Positions 31,432 through 41,004 of a stretch of DNA of 64,000 bases are shown here, piece by piece. Position 1 is the first letter of the stretch. The number at the start of each line of letters is the position of its first letter. The position numbers and the translations under genes were made by a program. Source of the stretch: Candidatus Eiseniibacteriota bacterium (GTDB taxonomy: Bacteria > Eisenbacteria > RBG-16-71-46 > CAVPCR01); NCBI GenBank assembly GCA_963702435.1, contig CAVPCR010000001.1:1408001-1472000 (forward strand). Reading direction: 5' to 3'. The notes under the pieces were generated by a model. That model had not been told where the DNA came from. It worked only from the letters and a program-made list of their open reading frames with translations, and ran no database searches.

Positions 31432-32898
31432 ATGACCCGCGAGATCGAGAAGCCCTTCATCGGCCGCACCTACGACGACTTCCTCGTCCGCCCCGACCTG
31501 GGCGTCGTCACCTCGCGGCGCGACGTCGCGCTCACCTCGCCTCTCTCCCGGCACCTGACGCTCGAGTTCCCGGTCGTCTCCGCCAACATGGACAGCGTCA
31601 CCGAGCTGCCGATGGCGAAGACCATGGCCCTCGAGGGAGGCCTCGGCTTCATTCATCGCGGCATGTCGATCGCCGAGCAGGTCGCGATGGTGAAGCGGGT
31701 GAAGCGGAGCCACGGCCACATCGTCGAGCAGCCGCTCTCGCTCCCGCGCGACGTGACCATCCGCGAGGCGATGGAGTTCATCCGGCAGCACCACATCACG
31801 GGCATCCTGATCGAGGAAGGATCCGGCAACCGCATCCTCGCCGGGCTCCTCTCCAATCGCGACATCCCGTGGACCGACGACCATCTCGACCAGAGGGTCG
31901 ACCGCTTCATGACCCCGCGCGATCGGCTGGTCACCGCGCGCCCGGGGATCGCGGTCGGCGAGGCCGAGCGGGTCATGTTCGAGCACCGGATCGAGAAGCT
32001 CCCGCTCGTGGACGACCAGGGGCGCATCGCCGGCCTCATCACCAAGAAGGACATCCTCCTCTCGCGGCAGCTCCCGTGGTCGAGCAAGGACGCGAAGGGC
32101 CGGCTCCTCGTCGGCGCCGCGGTCGGGGCGCGCGGCGACTTCCTCGAGCGGGCCGTCGAGCTGGTGGCGGCCGGTGCGGATGCCATCTTGATCGACATCG
32201 CACACGGGCACTCGCTCATCATGAAGGAAGCGGTCGACGCCTTCCGCCGGCGGCTCGGCGACGCAGAGCTCATCGCCGGCAACATCGGCACCGGCGAGGG
32301 CGCGCGCTTCCTCGCCGGCCTGGGCGTCGACGGCATCAAGATCGGGATCGGCCCCGGGCGCGGCTGCCGCACGCGGCTCGAGACCGCGGCCGGGGTGCCG
32401 CAGCTCCAGGCGGTGCGCGAGGCCTGGTGCGCGCTCGGCGACACGGTGCCGCTCATCGCCGACGGCGGCGCCCGGAACGACAAGGACATCTTCCTCGCCA
32501 TCGCCTGCGGAGCCTCCGCGGTCATGCTCGGGAGCATGCTCTCGGGCACCGACGAGGCACCCGGGCACGTGATCGAGGACCCGGCCACGCGCGAGAAGCG
32601 AAAGATCTACCGCGGCATGACCTCGCCGCAGGCGGTGTTCGAGACGCTCTACGACGAGGACGCCGGGGAACCGGACGCCGCCGGCCTCGCCGTCCCCGCC
32701 GAGGGGCAGGAGGTCCAGATCCCCTACCAGGGAAGCGTCCTCTCCATCCTCCACCGCATCCGCGGACATCTGCGCTCGGCCGTGAGTTACAGCGGCGGGC
32801 GGACGCTCGCCGAGGTGCGGGAGCGGATCGCTGCCGATCCGCTCCGCTACCTGATCCCGCTCTCCGCCGCGGCGCGCGGCGAGTCGTACGAGCGCTGA
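31432..32898 (+). CDS. IMPDH/GMP-reductase family oxidoreductase with CBS pair (non-canonical active site)
   Basis: SANMDSVTE, GGLGFIH, IDIAHGHS, GIGPGRGC, IADGG, YRGM. Confidence 0.88.
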   Translation: MTREIEKPFIGRTYDDFLVRPDLGVVTSRRDVALTSPLSRHLTLEFPVVSANMDSVTELPMAKTMALEGGLGFIHRGMSIAEQVAMVKRVKRSHGHIVEQPLSLPRDVTIREAMEFIRQHHITGILIEEGSGNRILAGLLSNRDIPWTDDHLDQRVDRFMTPRDRLVTARPGIAVGEAERVMFEHRIEKLPLVDDQGRIAGLITKKDILLSRQLPWSSKDAKGRLLVGAAVGARGDFLERAVELVAAGADAILIDIAHGHSLIMKEAVDAFRRRLGDAELIAGNIGTGEGARFLAGLGVDGIKIGIGPGRGCRTRLETAAGVPQLQAVREAWCALGDTVPLIADGGARNDKDIFLAIACGASAVMLGSMLSGTDEAPGHVIEDPATREKRKIYRGMTSPQAVFETLYDEDAGEPDAAGLAVPAEGQEVQIPYQGSVLSILHRIRGHLRSAVSYSGGRTLAEVRERIAADPLRYLIPLSAAARGESYER

Positions 32899-32991
32899 TT
32901 TTCCTCTTGGCGCGAGGCGCGCGCTTCGCGTATCATGCCCCGCACGTAGCAGTCACGGACAGCCCCGCGGCACCCAGCCCCAGGAGCACGG

Positions 32992-33078
32992 ATGACGATG
33001 AAGATCAACGTCTGCAACAAGTTCCAGGATCCGATCCTGGTTGCTTCCCTCCTCGGGGAGGCCGGGGGCATGGCCTAG
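32992..33078 (+). CDS. Putative 28-aa leader peptide MTMKINVCNKFQDPILVASLLGEAGGMA
   Basis: AGGAG RBS; TTGGCG-N18-TATCAT promoter-like at 32907-32936; followed by a terminator-like hairpin. Confidence 0.55.
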   Translation: MTMKINVCNKFQDPILVASLLGEAGGMA

Positions 33079-33110
33079 CCGGACGCTGATCAGAACGACG
33101 TCCCGTCGCG

Positions 33111-33149
33111 GCCCGCTCCCGACATCGGCGAGCGGGCTCGTTCATTTCT
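33111..33149 (+). terminator. Attenuator/terminator hairpin upstream of the ABC genes
   Basis: GCCCGCTC...GAGCGGGC stem followed by TCGTTCATTTCT. Confidence 0.55.
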
Positions 33150-33224
33150 GCCCGACCACTATCCACCCGCCCGCCGGCCCTCCCCGCAATTCGCAAGGGT
33201 TTCTCTGCTTCAAGAAGGCGGGCG

Positions 33225-35087
33225 ATGAACGCCAAGTACCGACTGATCTGGCAGCTCACGCGCGGCGAGCGCCGCCGCTACGGTGGCGCGCTCCTCGCGC
33301 TGGTCCTCGGCTCCTCGTGCCTGTACCTCGTGCCGCTCGTGCCGCAGGTGGTGCTCGACGGCGTGCTCGCGCGCGATCCGAGCCGCGCCGCGCCACTCGT
33401 CCGCCGAGTGATGGACCTCGCGGGCGGGCGCGAGCTCCTGCGCGCCCATCTCTGGCTCGCCGCCCTGGCGATCATCGCCCTCACCGCCGTGGCCGGCGCC
33501 TTCGCGTACCTGCGCGGGCGCTGGTCGGCGCTCGCGAGCGAGGCGATCGCGCGCCGGGTCCGCGACCGCCTGTTCGATCATCTCGCGCACCTGCCCGTGG
33601 CTTACCACGATCGGGCGGAGACGGGCGACCTGGTCCAGCGCTGCACGTCGGATGTCGAGACGCTCCGCCAGTTCCTCGCGAGCCAGGTGGTCGAGATCGG
33701 CCGGGCGGTGCTCATGCTGCTGGTGCCGCTCCCGCTCATGATCGCGCTCGAGCCGCGGCTCACGCTGGTGGCGGTGGTCTTCGTGCCGCCGATCGTGGCC
33801 TTCTCCCTCATCTTCTTCAGAAGGGCGAAGGCGCGGTTCAAGCTCGTGGACGAGGCCGAGAGCCGGATGACGAGCACGCTCCAGGAGAACCTGACCGGGA
33901 TCCGGGTCGTGCGCTCGTTCGCGCGCCAGGACTTCGAGAAGGAGAAGTTCGGCGAGCGGATACGCACCTATCGCGACCTCGACACCGGGTACTTCCGGCT
34001 CCTCGCCTGGTACTGGTCGGTCTCCGACTTCATGTGCCTCGGGCAGAAGGCGGTGCTCGTGGCCGTCGGCGGCCTCTGGCTGGCGCGCGGCGAGATCCCG
34101 GTCGGCACCTTCTACTTCTTTCTCGCGGCGGTGAACATGTTCATCTGGCCGATCCGCATGCTCGGCCGGATCCTGACCGAGCTCGGGAAGGCGACGGTGG
34201 CGATCGGGCGGATCGGGGAGATCCTCGAGCATCCGCGCGAGAGCGAGCCGGCCGCGCGCGGCGGCGATCCGCTCACGCTGTCCGGGGACCTCGTCTTCGA
34301 CCGGGTGAGCTTCGCCCACGCCGGCGGGCCGCCGGTGCTCGACCAGGTGTCGTTCGCGATCGGATCGGGGGAGACGCTCGCCTTGATCGGGCCCTCGGGC
34401 GCCGGCAAATCGACGATCGTCAACCTCCTGCTCCGCTTCTACGATCCGAGCGCGGGCTCGATCCGGCTCGACGGACGCGAGATCACGACCCTCGGGCGGC
34501 AGGCGCTCCGCGCCCAGGCCGCGATCGTGATGCAGGAGCCGTTCCTCTATGCGAAGACCCTGCGCGACAACATCCGTCTCGGGCGGGATAGCGCGCGCGA
34601 CGAGGAGATCGTCGCGGCGGCGAGCGCGGCCGCCGTGCACGATTCGATCGCCGCGTTCGAGGCGGGGTACGACACGCTGGTCGGCGAGCGCGGCGTCATG
34701 CTCTCGGGCGGCCAGCGGCAGCGGGTAGCGCTCGCCCGCGCGCTCGTGCGCGAGCCCGCGTTCCTCATCCTCGATGACGCGCTCTCGGCGGTGGATACCG
34801 AGACCGAGAGCCTGATCCTGGCCGCGCTTCGTGCGCGGCGCGGGCGGTACACGACGATCGTCATCGCGCACCGCCTGTCCACCCTCATGCACGCCGATCG
34901 GATCGTGGTGCTCGACCGGGGCCGCGTGGTCCAGGACGGGACGCACGAGAGCCTGGTCGCCGCCGACGGGCTCTATCGCCGGCTGTGGCGGATCCAGTCG
35001 GCGCTCGAGGACGATCTCCGGGAGGAGCCGGCGGCGACCGATGCGACACCGGCCGCTGCCACGCAGACCGCGGAGGTGACGAGATGA
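33225..35087 (+). CDS. Heterodimeric ABC exporter subunit 1 (TMD+NBD, degenerate Walker B)
   Basis: GPSGAGKS, LSGGQ, LILDD, AHR. Confidence 0.93.
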   Translation: MNAKYRLIWQLTRGERRRYGGALLALVLGSSCLYLVPLVPQVVLDGVLARDPSRAAPLVRRVMDLAGGRELLRAHLWLAALAIIALTAVAGAFAYLRGRWSALASEAIARRVRDRLFDHLAHLPVAYHDRAETGDLVQRCTSDVETLRQFLASQVVEIGRAVLMLLVPLPLMIALEPRLTLVAVVFVPPIVAFSLIFFRRAKARFKLVDEAESRMTSTLQENLTGIRVVRSFARQDFEKEKFGERIRTYRDLDTGYFRLLAWYWSVSDFMCLGQKAVLVAVGGLWLARGEIPVGTFYFFLAAVNMFIWPIRMLGRILTELGKATVAIGRIGEILEHPRESEPAARGGDPLTLSGDLVFDRVSFAHAGGPPVLDQVSFAIGSGETLALIGPSGAGKSTIVNLLLRFYDPSAGSIRLDGREITTLGRQALRAQAAIVMQEPFLYAKTLRDNIRLGRDSARDEEIVAAASAAAVHDSIAAFEAGYDTLVGERGVMLSGGQRQRVALARALVREPAFLILDDALSAVDTETESLILAALRARRGRYTTIVIAHRLSTLMHADRIVVLDRGRVVQDGTHESLVAADGLYRRLWRIQSALEDDLREEPAATDATPAAATQTAEVTR

Positions 35088-36964
35088 TGGATCACGAGAT
35101 GCAGGATGCGCCGCTCCGCGGCCTCGACCTGGCCCTCTGGCGGCGGCTCGTCGGGCATACCCGGCCCTATCGCCGGTCGCTCGCGGCGCTCGCCGCCTGC
35201 GGAGTCGTGCTCGCCGGTTTCGACGCGCTCCTCCCGCTCGTCACCGGGCGGATCATCGACTCGGCGACGGCCGGCGACCGGGCCGGGCTCGCGCGGAACG
35301 CGCTCTACTTCCTCGGCGTGGTGGCGACGATCTCCGCGCTCATCTGGGTCTTCATCGTGGTGGCCGGAGCCACTGCGGCGGCGATCGCGCACGATCTCCG
35401 CCGGGACGCCTTCGCGCGGCTCCAGGAGCTGTCCTTCTCGTTCTTCGACCGGCGGCCGGTGGGCTGGCTCATGGCGCGACTGACGTCCGACGCGAGCCGG
35501 TTGTCATCGGTCATCCCGTGGACCCTCCTCGACACCGTGTGGGGGCTCACGCTCGTTGCCGGCGTGGCCGGGCTCATGCTCGCGCTCGAGTGGCGGCTCG
35601 CGCTCCTCGTGCTCGTGATCGTGCCGCCGCTCGTGGTCGTGAGCGTCGTCTTCCAGAGGCGCCTGCTCCACTCGCAGCGGCTCATGCGCCGGATCAACTC
35701 GCAGCTCACGGCGAGCTTCAACGAGGCGATCGTCGGAGTGCGCACCACCAAGTCGCTGGGACGGGAGGCGGAGAGCCTCGGCGAGTTCCGCGCGCTCACG
35801 CGCGAGATGAACGCGGAAGCGGTCCGCAACGCGCTCACCGCGGCGGTCTATCTGCCGATCGTGCTCACGCTCGGGAGCGTCGGGGCCGGGCTCGCGCTCT
35901 GGCGGGGCGGCCTCGCGGTGGGCGAGATCGGTGCGGCGGGCTCCTCGCTCGCCGCGGGGCTCGCCGCCGTGACGGGCGGCGAGCGCATGAGCCTCGGCAT
36001 GCTCGTCGCGTTCATGCAGTACGCAGCGCTCTTCACCATCCCGATCCAGGAGATGGCGGAGCGCTTCACGCAGCTCCAGGCGGCGCAGGCCTCGGCCGAG
36101 CGGCTGCAGGGGCTTCTCGACACCGAGCCCGAGATCAAGGACTCGCCGGCGGTCGCCACGGCGACCGCAACGGCCGGAGGCGAGCGCGGGCCGGGCGCCG
36201 GGAAGATCGCGTCCGTCGAGTTCGCCAACGTCGACTTCGCCTATCACAGCGGAGAGGAGGTGCTTCGTGACTTCAACCTGCGCGTCGCCGCCGGCGAGAC
36301 GATCGCGCTCGTCGGCGCCACGGGCAGCGGCAAGTCGACGATCGTGAGCCTCCTCTGCCGCTTCTACGAGCCGACGGGCGGCGAGGTCCGGATCGACGGG
36401 AGGGACTACCGCGAGCGGGGCCTCCACTGGCTCCAGTCGCGGCTCGGCGTCGTGCAGCAGGTGCCGCACCTGTTCAGCGGCACGATCAGGGAGAACATCC
36501 GGTACGGGCGGCTCGCCGCCACCGACGAGGAGATCCTGGCGGCGGCCCGGCTCGCCAACGCCGATCGCTTCATCACGCAGATGCCCGAGGGCTATGAGAC
36601 CCCCGTCGGCGAGGGCGGGAGCCGGCTCTCGACCGGCCAGCGGCAGCTCGTCGCGCTCGCGCGCGCCGTGCTCGCCGACCCGGAGATCTTCGTTCTCGAC
36701 GAAGCGACCTCCGCGGTGGACACCGAGACGGAACGCCTGATCCAGGACGGGATCGAGAAGGTGCTGGCCGGGCGGCTGAGCTTCGTGATCGCGCACCGCC
36801 TCTCGACCATCCGCTCGGCGAGCCGGATCCTCGTCCTCGAGCGCGGGCGGGTGATCGAGGAGGGCGGTCACGCCGGGCTCCTCGCCCGGCACGGCGCCTA
36901 CTACCGGCTCTACACGAACCAGTTCGCGCGCGAGCGGGCCGAGGAGGTCCTCGCCGGGAGCTGA
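35084..36964 (+). CDS. Heterodimeric ABC exporter subunit 2 (degenerate signature motif)
   Basis: [28 protein letters not shown]-coupled. Confidence 0.93.
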   Translation: MMDHEMQDAPLRGLDLALWRRLVGHTRPYRRSLAALAACGVVLAGFDALLPLVTGRIIDSATAGDRAGLARNALYFLGVVATISALIWVFIVVAGATAAAIAHDLRRDAFARLQELSFSFFDRRPVGWLMARLTSDASRLSSVIPWTLLDTVWGLTLVAGVAGLMLALEWRLALLVLVIVPPLVVVSVVFQRRLLHSQRLMRRINSQLTASFNEAIVGVRTTKSLGREAESLGEFRALTREMNAEAVRNALTAAVYLPIVLTLGSVGAGLALWRGGLAVGEIGAAGSSLAAGLAAVTGGERMSLGMLVAFMQYAALFTIPIQEMAERFTQLQAAQASAERLQGLLDTEPEIKDSPAVATATATAGGERGPGAGKIASVEFANVDFAYHSGEEVLRDFNLRVAAGETIALVGATGSGKSTIVSLLCRFYEPTGGEVRIDGRDYRERGLHWLQSRLGVVQQVPHLFSGTIRENIRYGRLAATDEEILAAARLANADRFITQMPEGYETPVGEGGSRLSTGQRQLVALARAVLADPEIFVLDEATSAVDTETERLIQDGIEKVLAGRLSFVIAHRLSTIRSASRILVLERGRVIEEGGHAGLLARHGAYYRLYTNQFARERAEEVLAGS

Positions 36965-37003
36965 GAAGCGAGCGGCCGCAACGCCGGAACGGCCGGACAA
37001 GAC

Positions 37004-37037
37004 AAGGCCCCCGTCGGTAGTCGCCGGCGGGGGCCTT
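37004..37037. terminator. Hairpin between convergent genes
   Basis: AAGGCCCCCG...CGGGGGCCTT inverted repeat. Confidence 0.7.
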
Positions 37038-37123
37038 CGCTCACTTGTACTCAGTTTTTCGCGCCGGTCCGCGAATCGTTCTCACGACCCGTTCCGGCTC
37101 GCGAATAGTGGTCGTTCCGGTTT

Positions 37124-37444
37124 CTAGTGACCGCCGGCCGCATCCTTGACCGCCTCGCCGGCATCCTTGGTCGCCTCGCCGACCGCCTGGCCGGCATCCT
37201 TGGCCGCCTCACCGGTCGCCTGGGCCGCCTCGCCGACCGCTTCACCGGTCGCCTGGGCCGCCTCGCCGACGGCCTCCGTGGCAGCCTCACCGGCCGCGCC
37301 TACCGCCTCGCCCGCGCTCTGCGCGGCCTCGCCGGCCGCCTCCGCCGCCTTGTCCGCCGCCTGCTCGGACTTCTGGCCGCAAGCCAGGAACACCGAGCCG
37401 ACGATCAGCAACAGCGCCATCAGGATGATCCAAGACCGCTTCAT
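37124..37444 (-). CDS. Small lipoprotein with 11-residue Ala/Glu/Gly amphipathic repeats
   Basis: AAGGAG RBS; lipobox FLA-C; repeated AVGEAAQATGE. Confidence 0.8.
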   Translation of the reverse strand: MKRSWIILMALLLIVGSVFLACGQKSEQAADKAAEAAGEAAQSAGEAVGAAGEAATEAVGEAAQATGEAVGEAAQATGEAAKDAGQAVGEATKDAGEAVKDAAGGH

Positions 37445-37684
37445 GACTCGCTCCTTCGAAGAGGGGATGGACGAACGCCGATCGCATTCTGGATCCGAGC
37501 CCGGCCCTGAGCGCGATCGTCTAGGCCCTCGGGGCGTTCGTGGCTGTTCTCCGCAGGGGCCCATTGACGGCGGGTACCATACAGCACAAGGGCGTTTCCT
37601 GCAAACCGGGGCCTGCTACCATCCCGCCACCCGCGATCCCGCCGGTCGCCACGGCCGGTACTCGACCCTGCGAGGTTCCACCGC

Positions 37685-39562
37685 ATGACGCCCGGGGCTC
37701 AGACCTTCTCCGCTGCCGCCGCCTCCGCTGCGAGCCCCGGGGCGCCCGGGGCGCCGGGGGCGCCGCTCCCCGATCCGCGCGCCGAGTACGAGCGCCGCCT
37801 CGCCGCGCGGCAGGAGGAGGTCCGCCGGCAAGGCCGCCGTGACTCGACGATCGCCAACCTCCGGCTCGCCGCCGGCCTCGCGGCGGCGGTCCTCGCCTGG
37901 TTCGTCCTCGTCCCGCAGTCGCTCCCGGCCGCCTGGCTCCTCGCGCCGATCGCCGCTTTCGCCGGGCTCGTCCTCGTCCACCTGCGGGTGCGGGCCGCGC
38001 TCGCGCGCGCGGAGCGGGCCGCCGATTTCTACGCCCGCGGGCGCGAGCGGCTCGCCGGGCACTGGGCGGGGTGCGGCGAGGCCGGCGAGCGCTTCCGCAC
38101 GGAGGAGCATCCGTACACCGCGGACCTCGATATCTTCGGGGCGGGCTCCCTCTTCGAGCTCCTCTGCACCGCGCGCACGAGCCGCGGCCAGGAAACGCTC
38201 GCCACCTGGCTCGCAGGGCCCGCCGCGCCGGAGATCGTCCGCGCCCGCCAGGCCGCGGTCGCCGAGCTTCGCCCCCGGCTCGATTTCCGCGAGGATCTCG
38301 CCGTGCTCGGGCCCGATGTGGAGGCCGGCGTCGTTCCGGAGGAGCTCCGGACCTGGGGCGCCGCCACCGTCCTGCTCGCGGCGCCCGGACTCCGGATCAC
38401 CGCCCTGGTCCTCGCCGCGCTCGGTATTGCCGCGCTTCTCGGCTGGCTCGGCTTCGGTCTCGCCCTCTGGCCCCTCGGCCTCGTCGCCCTCGCCGATCTC
38501 CTCCTCGAGCAGACCTTCAAGACCCGCGTCTCGCTCGCGCGCCACGAGGCCGATCGCGCCGCCGGCGAGCTCTCGCTCCTCGCGCATCTTCTCGCCCGGA
38601 TCGAGCGCGAGATCGAGCACGAGGAGGTGACGGCGCCGCACCTCCGCGCGCTCGCCGCCGCGCTCGCCACCGGCGGCGTGCCCGCTTCACGGCGGATCGC
38701 TCGCCTCGTGCGCCTGATCGAAATCGCCGACTCGCAGCACAATCTCTTCTTCGCGCCGCTCGCCTTCCTCCTCCAGTGGCGGCTCCATCTCGCCTTCGCC
38801 ATCGAGAGCTGGCGGCGCACGCACGGTCACGCGATCGCCGGCTGGCTCGATGCGGTTGGCGAGATCGAGGCCCTCGCCGCCCTCGCGAGCCATGGCTACG
38901 AGCATCCGGCGGACCCCTTCCCGGAACTCGAGGAGGACGGGCCGCTCTTCGCGGCGCGCGGCCTCGGCCATCCGCTCATCCCGGAGCGCGATGTCGTGCG
39001 GAACGATGTGCGTCTCGACGGCACCTGCCAGGTCCTCCTCGTGAGCGGATCCAACATGTCAGGGAAGAGCACGCTCCTGCGCACGGTCGGGGTGAACGCG
39101 GTTCTCGCGCTGGCCGGCGGCCCGGTGCGCGCCGAGCGCCTCGCGCTGTCGCCCCTTCGCGTGGGAGCGACCCTCGGCATCCACGATTCGCTCCAGGCCG
39201 GCGTTTCCCGCTTCTATGCCGAGATCACCCGGCTCAAGCAGCTCACCGAGCTCGCGCGCGGTCCCGCGACACTCCTCTTCCTCTGCGATGAGCTGCTCCA
39301 CGGCACCAACTCCCACGACCGGAGGATCGGAGCCGAGGCGATCGTCAGGAGCTTCATCGAGCGCGGAGCGATCGGGCTCGTCACCACCCACGATCTCGCG
39401 CTCGCCCACGTGGCGGACGCGCTGGCGCCGCGCGCCGCCAACGTGCACTTCGCGGACCATCTCGAGAACGGAGTGATGGTCTTCGATTACCGGATGCGGC
39501 CCGGCGTGGTCGAGAAGAGCAACGCCCTCGCCCTCATGCGCGCCGTGGGGCTCGAGGTCTGA
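37685..39562 (+). CDS. Membrane-anchored MutS-related ATPase (domain V only)
   Basis: TM segments; GHPLI, SGSNMSGKST, SRFYAEI, CDELLHGTNS, VTTHD; no mismatch-binding domain I. Confidence 0.88.
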   Translation: MTPGAQTFSAAAASAASPGAPGAPGAPLPDPRAEYERRLAARQEEVRRQGRRDSTIANLRLAAGLAAAVLAWFVLVPQSLPAAWLLAPIAAFAGLVLVHLRVRAALARAERAADFYARGRERLAGHWAGCGEAGERFRTEEHPYTADLDIFGAGSLFELLCTARTSRGQETLATWLAGPAAPEIVRARQAAVAELRPRLDFREDLAVLGPDVEAGVVPEELRTWGAATVLLAAPGLRITALVLAALGIAALLGWLGFGLALWPLGLVALADLLLEQTFKTRVSLARHEADRAAGELSLLAHLLARIEREIEHEEVTAPHLRALAAALATGGVPASRRIARLVRLIEIADSQHNLFFAPLAFLLQWRLHLAFAIESWRRTHGHAIAGWLDAVGEIEALAALASHGYEHPADPFPELEEDGPLFAARGLGHPLIPERDVVRNDVRLDGTCQVLLVSGSNMSGKSTLLRTVGVNAVLALAGGPVRAERLALSPLRVGATLGIHDSLQAGVSRFYAEITRLKQLTELARGPATLLFLCDELLHGTNSHDRRIGAEAIVRSFIERGAIGLVTTHDLALAHVADALAPRAANVHFADHLENGVMVFDYRMRPGVVEKSNALALMRAVGLEV

Positions 39563-39584
39563 AACGCGAGGTGTGAAAGAGCCC

Positions 39585-40688
39585 ATGCCATCGACCCCCG
39601 TCCGCATCGCCCTCTTCGGGAACGGCTTCGCCCGCACGGTCATGCTGCCCTGCCTCCGGCATGTCGAGGGCGCGGTCGTCACCGGCATCGCGAGCCCGAA
39701 CCTCGAGCGTGCGCGGGCGACGGCCGTCGAGTTCGGGATCGAGCACGCGGCGGCCGATCACCGGGAGCTCCTCGCGATGGCGCGGCCCGATCTCGTCTTC
39801 GTAACGACGCCGCCGCACCGCCATCTCGAGATGTCCGTGGACGCCCTGGCCGCGGGCTGCCATGTGGTGTGCGAGAAGCCGACCGCGCTCGATGCCGGGG
39901 AATCGGCGGCCATGCTCGCAGCGGCCGCGCGCGCCCCCGGACGCCTCGCGCTGCTCGATCACGAGCTCCGCCTCGATCCGCGCCGGCGCGCGCTCGCCGC
40001 GCTCGTGCGCGAGGGAGCGCTCGGCGAGATCCTCCACGCCACCTACACGCTCACCTCGAGCTTCCGGCAGGACCCCGATCGGCCGTGGACCTGGTGGAGC
40101 GACCGCGCCCAGGGCGGCGGCGCCTGGGGGGCCATCGGATCGCATGCGGTGGACGCGCTGCGCGTGTATCTGGGCGAGGTGGCGGCGGCGCGCGGGCACC
40201 TCGCAACCGCGATCCCGGAGCGGCGCGATCCGGCGAGCGGCGCCCGGCGCGCGGTCACGAGCGACGATATCGCCGGGGCCTGGCTCCGCTTCGCGAGCGG
40301 GCCGGCGGCCACGATCGCGATCTCCCTCGTCGAGGGCGAGCGGCGGCATGAGATCGCGCTCGCCGGCACCAAGGGTGCCGCGCGCTGGATCGAGCAGGGG
40401 CCGCTCCTCGTGACCGGCGGCGCCGGCGGCGGCGGGAGCGGATGGCGCGAGGTGCCGGTCGCGGACGACCTTCCGGATTGCGCGACTCTCGGCATCCCGG
40501 AGACCGACTGGGCGCGCTCCTTCCTCCGTTACGCACGCGCGATCGTCGCCGCGCTCGGCGCTGGCCGGAGCGTGGTCGAGGGCGCCGCGACGTTCGAGGA
40601 CGGACATCGGAACCAGGAGGTGCTCGACGCAGTCCGCCGCTCCGCGGCGGCAGAGGCGTGGGTGCCCATCGCGCAACCGGCGGCCTGA
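39585..40688 (+). CDS. Gfo/Idh/MocA oxidoreductase
   Basis: GNGFA, HVVCEKP, GGGAWGAIGSHAVD; alternative GTG start 39573. Confidence 0.88.
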   Translation: MPSTPVRIALFGNGFARTVMLPCLRHVEGAVVTGIASPNLERARATAVEFGIEHAAADHRELLAMARPDLVFVTTPPHRHLEMSVDALAAGCHVVCEKPTALDAGESAAMLAAAARAPGRLALLDHELRLDPRRRALAALVREGALGEILHATYTLTSSFRQDPDRPWTWWSDRAQGGGAWGAIGSHAVDALRVYLGEVAAARGHLATAIPERRDPASGARRAVTSDDIAGAWLRFASGPAATIAISLVEGERRHEIALAGTKGAARWIEQGPLLVTGGAGGGGSGWREVPVADDLPDCATLGIPETDWARSFLRYARAIVAALGAGRSVVEGAATFEDGHRNQEVLDAVRRSAAAEAWVPIAQPAA

Positions 40689-40713
40689 CGGCCGCCAGAA
40701 GGGCTTGAAGACC

Positions 40714-40911
40714 ATGACCAGGAACATGGGCGGAATCGATCGCGGAATCCGGCTCGTTCTCGGCGCCGTCATCCTGTGGGCAGGGCTCGGCGGGGGCCAC
40801 TGGTGGGGCTGGATTGGTATCGTCCCCATCCTCACGGCGTTCGCCGGCAGGTGCCCGGCGTACGCTCCGTTCAAGATCTCGACCTGCTCGGTGAAGCGGC
40901 CGCAAACCTGA
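40714..40911 (+). CDS. DUF2892/YgaP-like small membrane protein
   Basis: NMGGIDRGIR...CPAY.PF.ISTC. Confidence 0.85.
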   Translation: MTRNMGGIDRGIRLVLGAVILWAGLGGGHWWGWIGIVPILTAFAGRCPAYAPFKISTCSVKRPQT

Positions 40912-41004
40912 GAGGCCCAAAGAAGAAGGCGATCCTCCTCATCGAAAGGAAGATCGCCTCCTCAACTCAGCAACTCAGCGCCTGAACGCGCCGTCGTTTC
41001 CGCG

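Noticed and set aside
37685..39562. Calling this the mismatch-repair mutS
   Set aside because: Only the ATPase domain plus TM segments; it lacks the mismatch-recognition and clamp domains.
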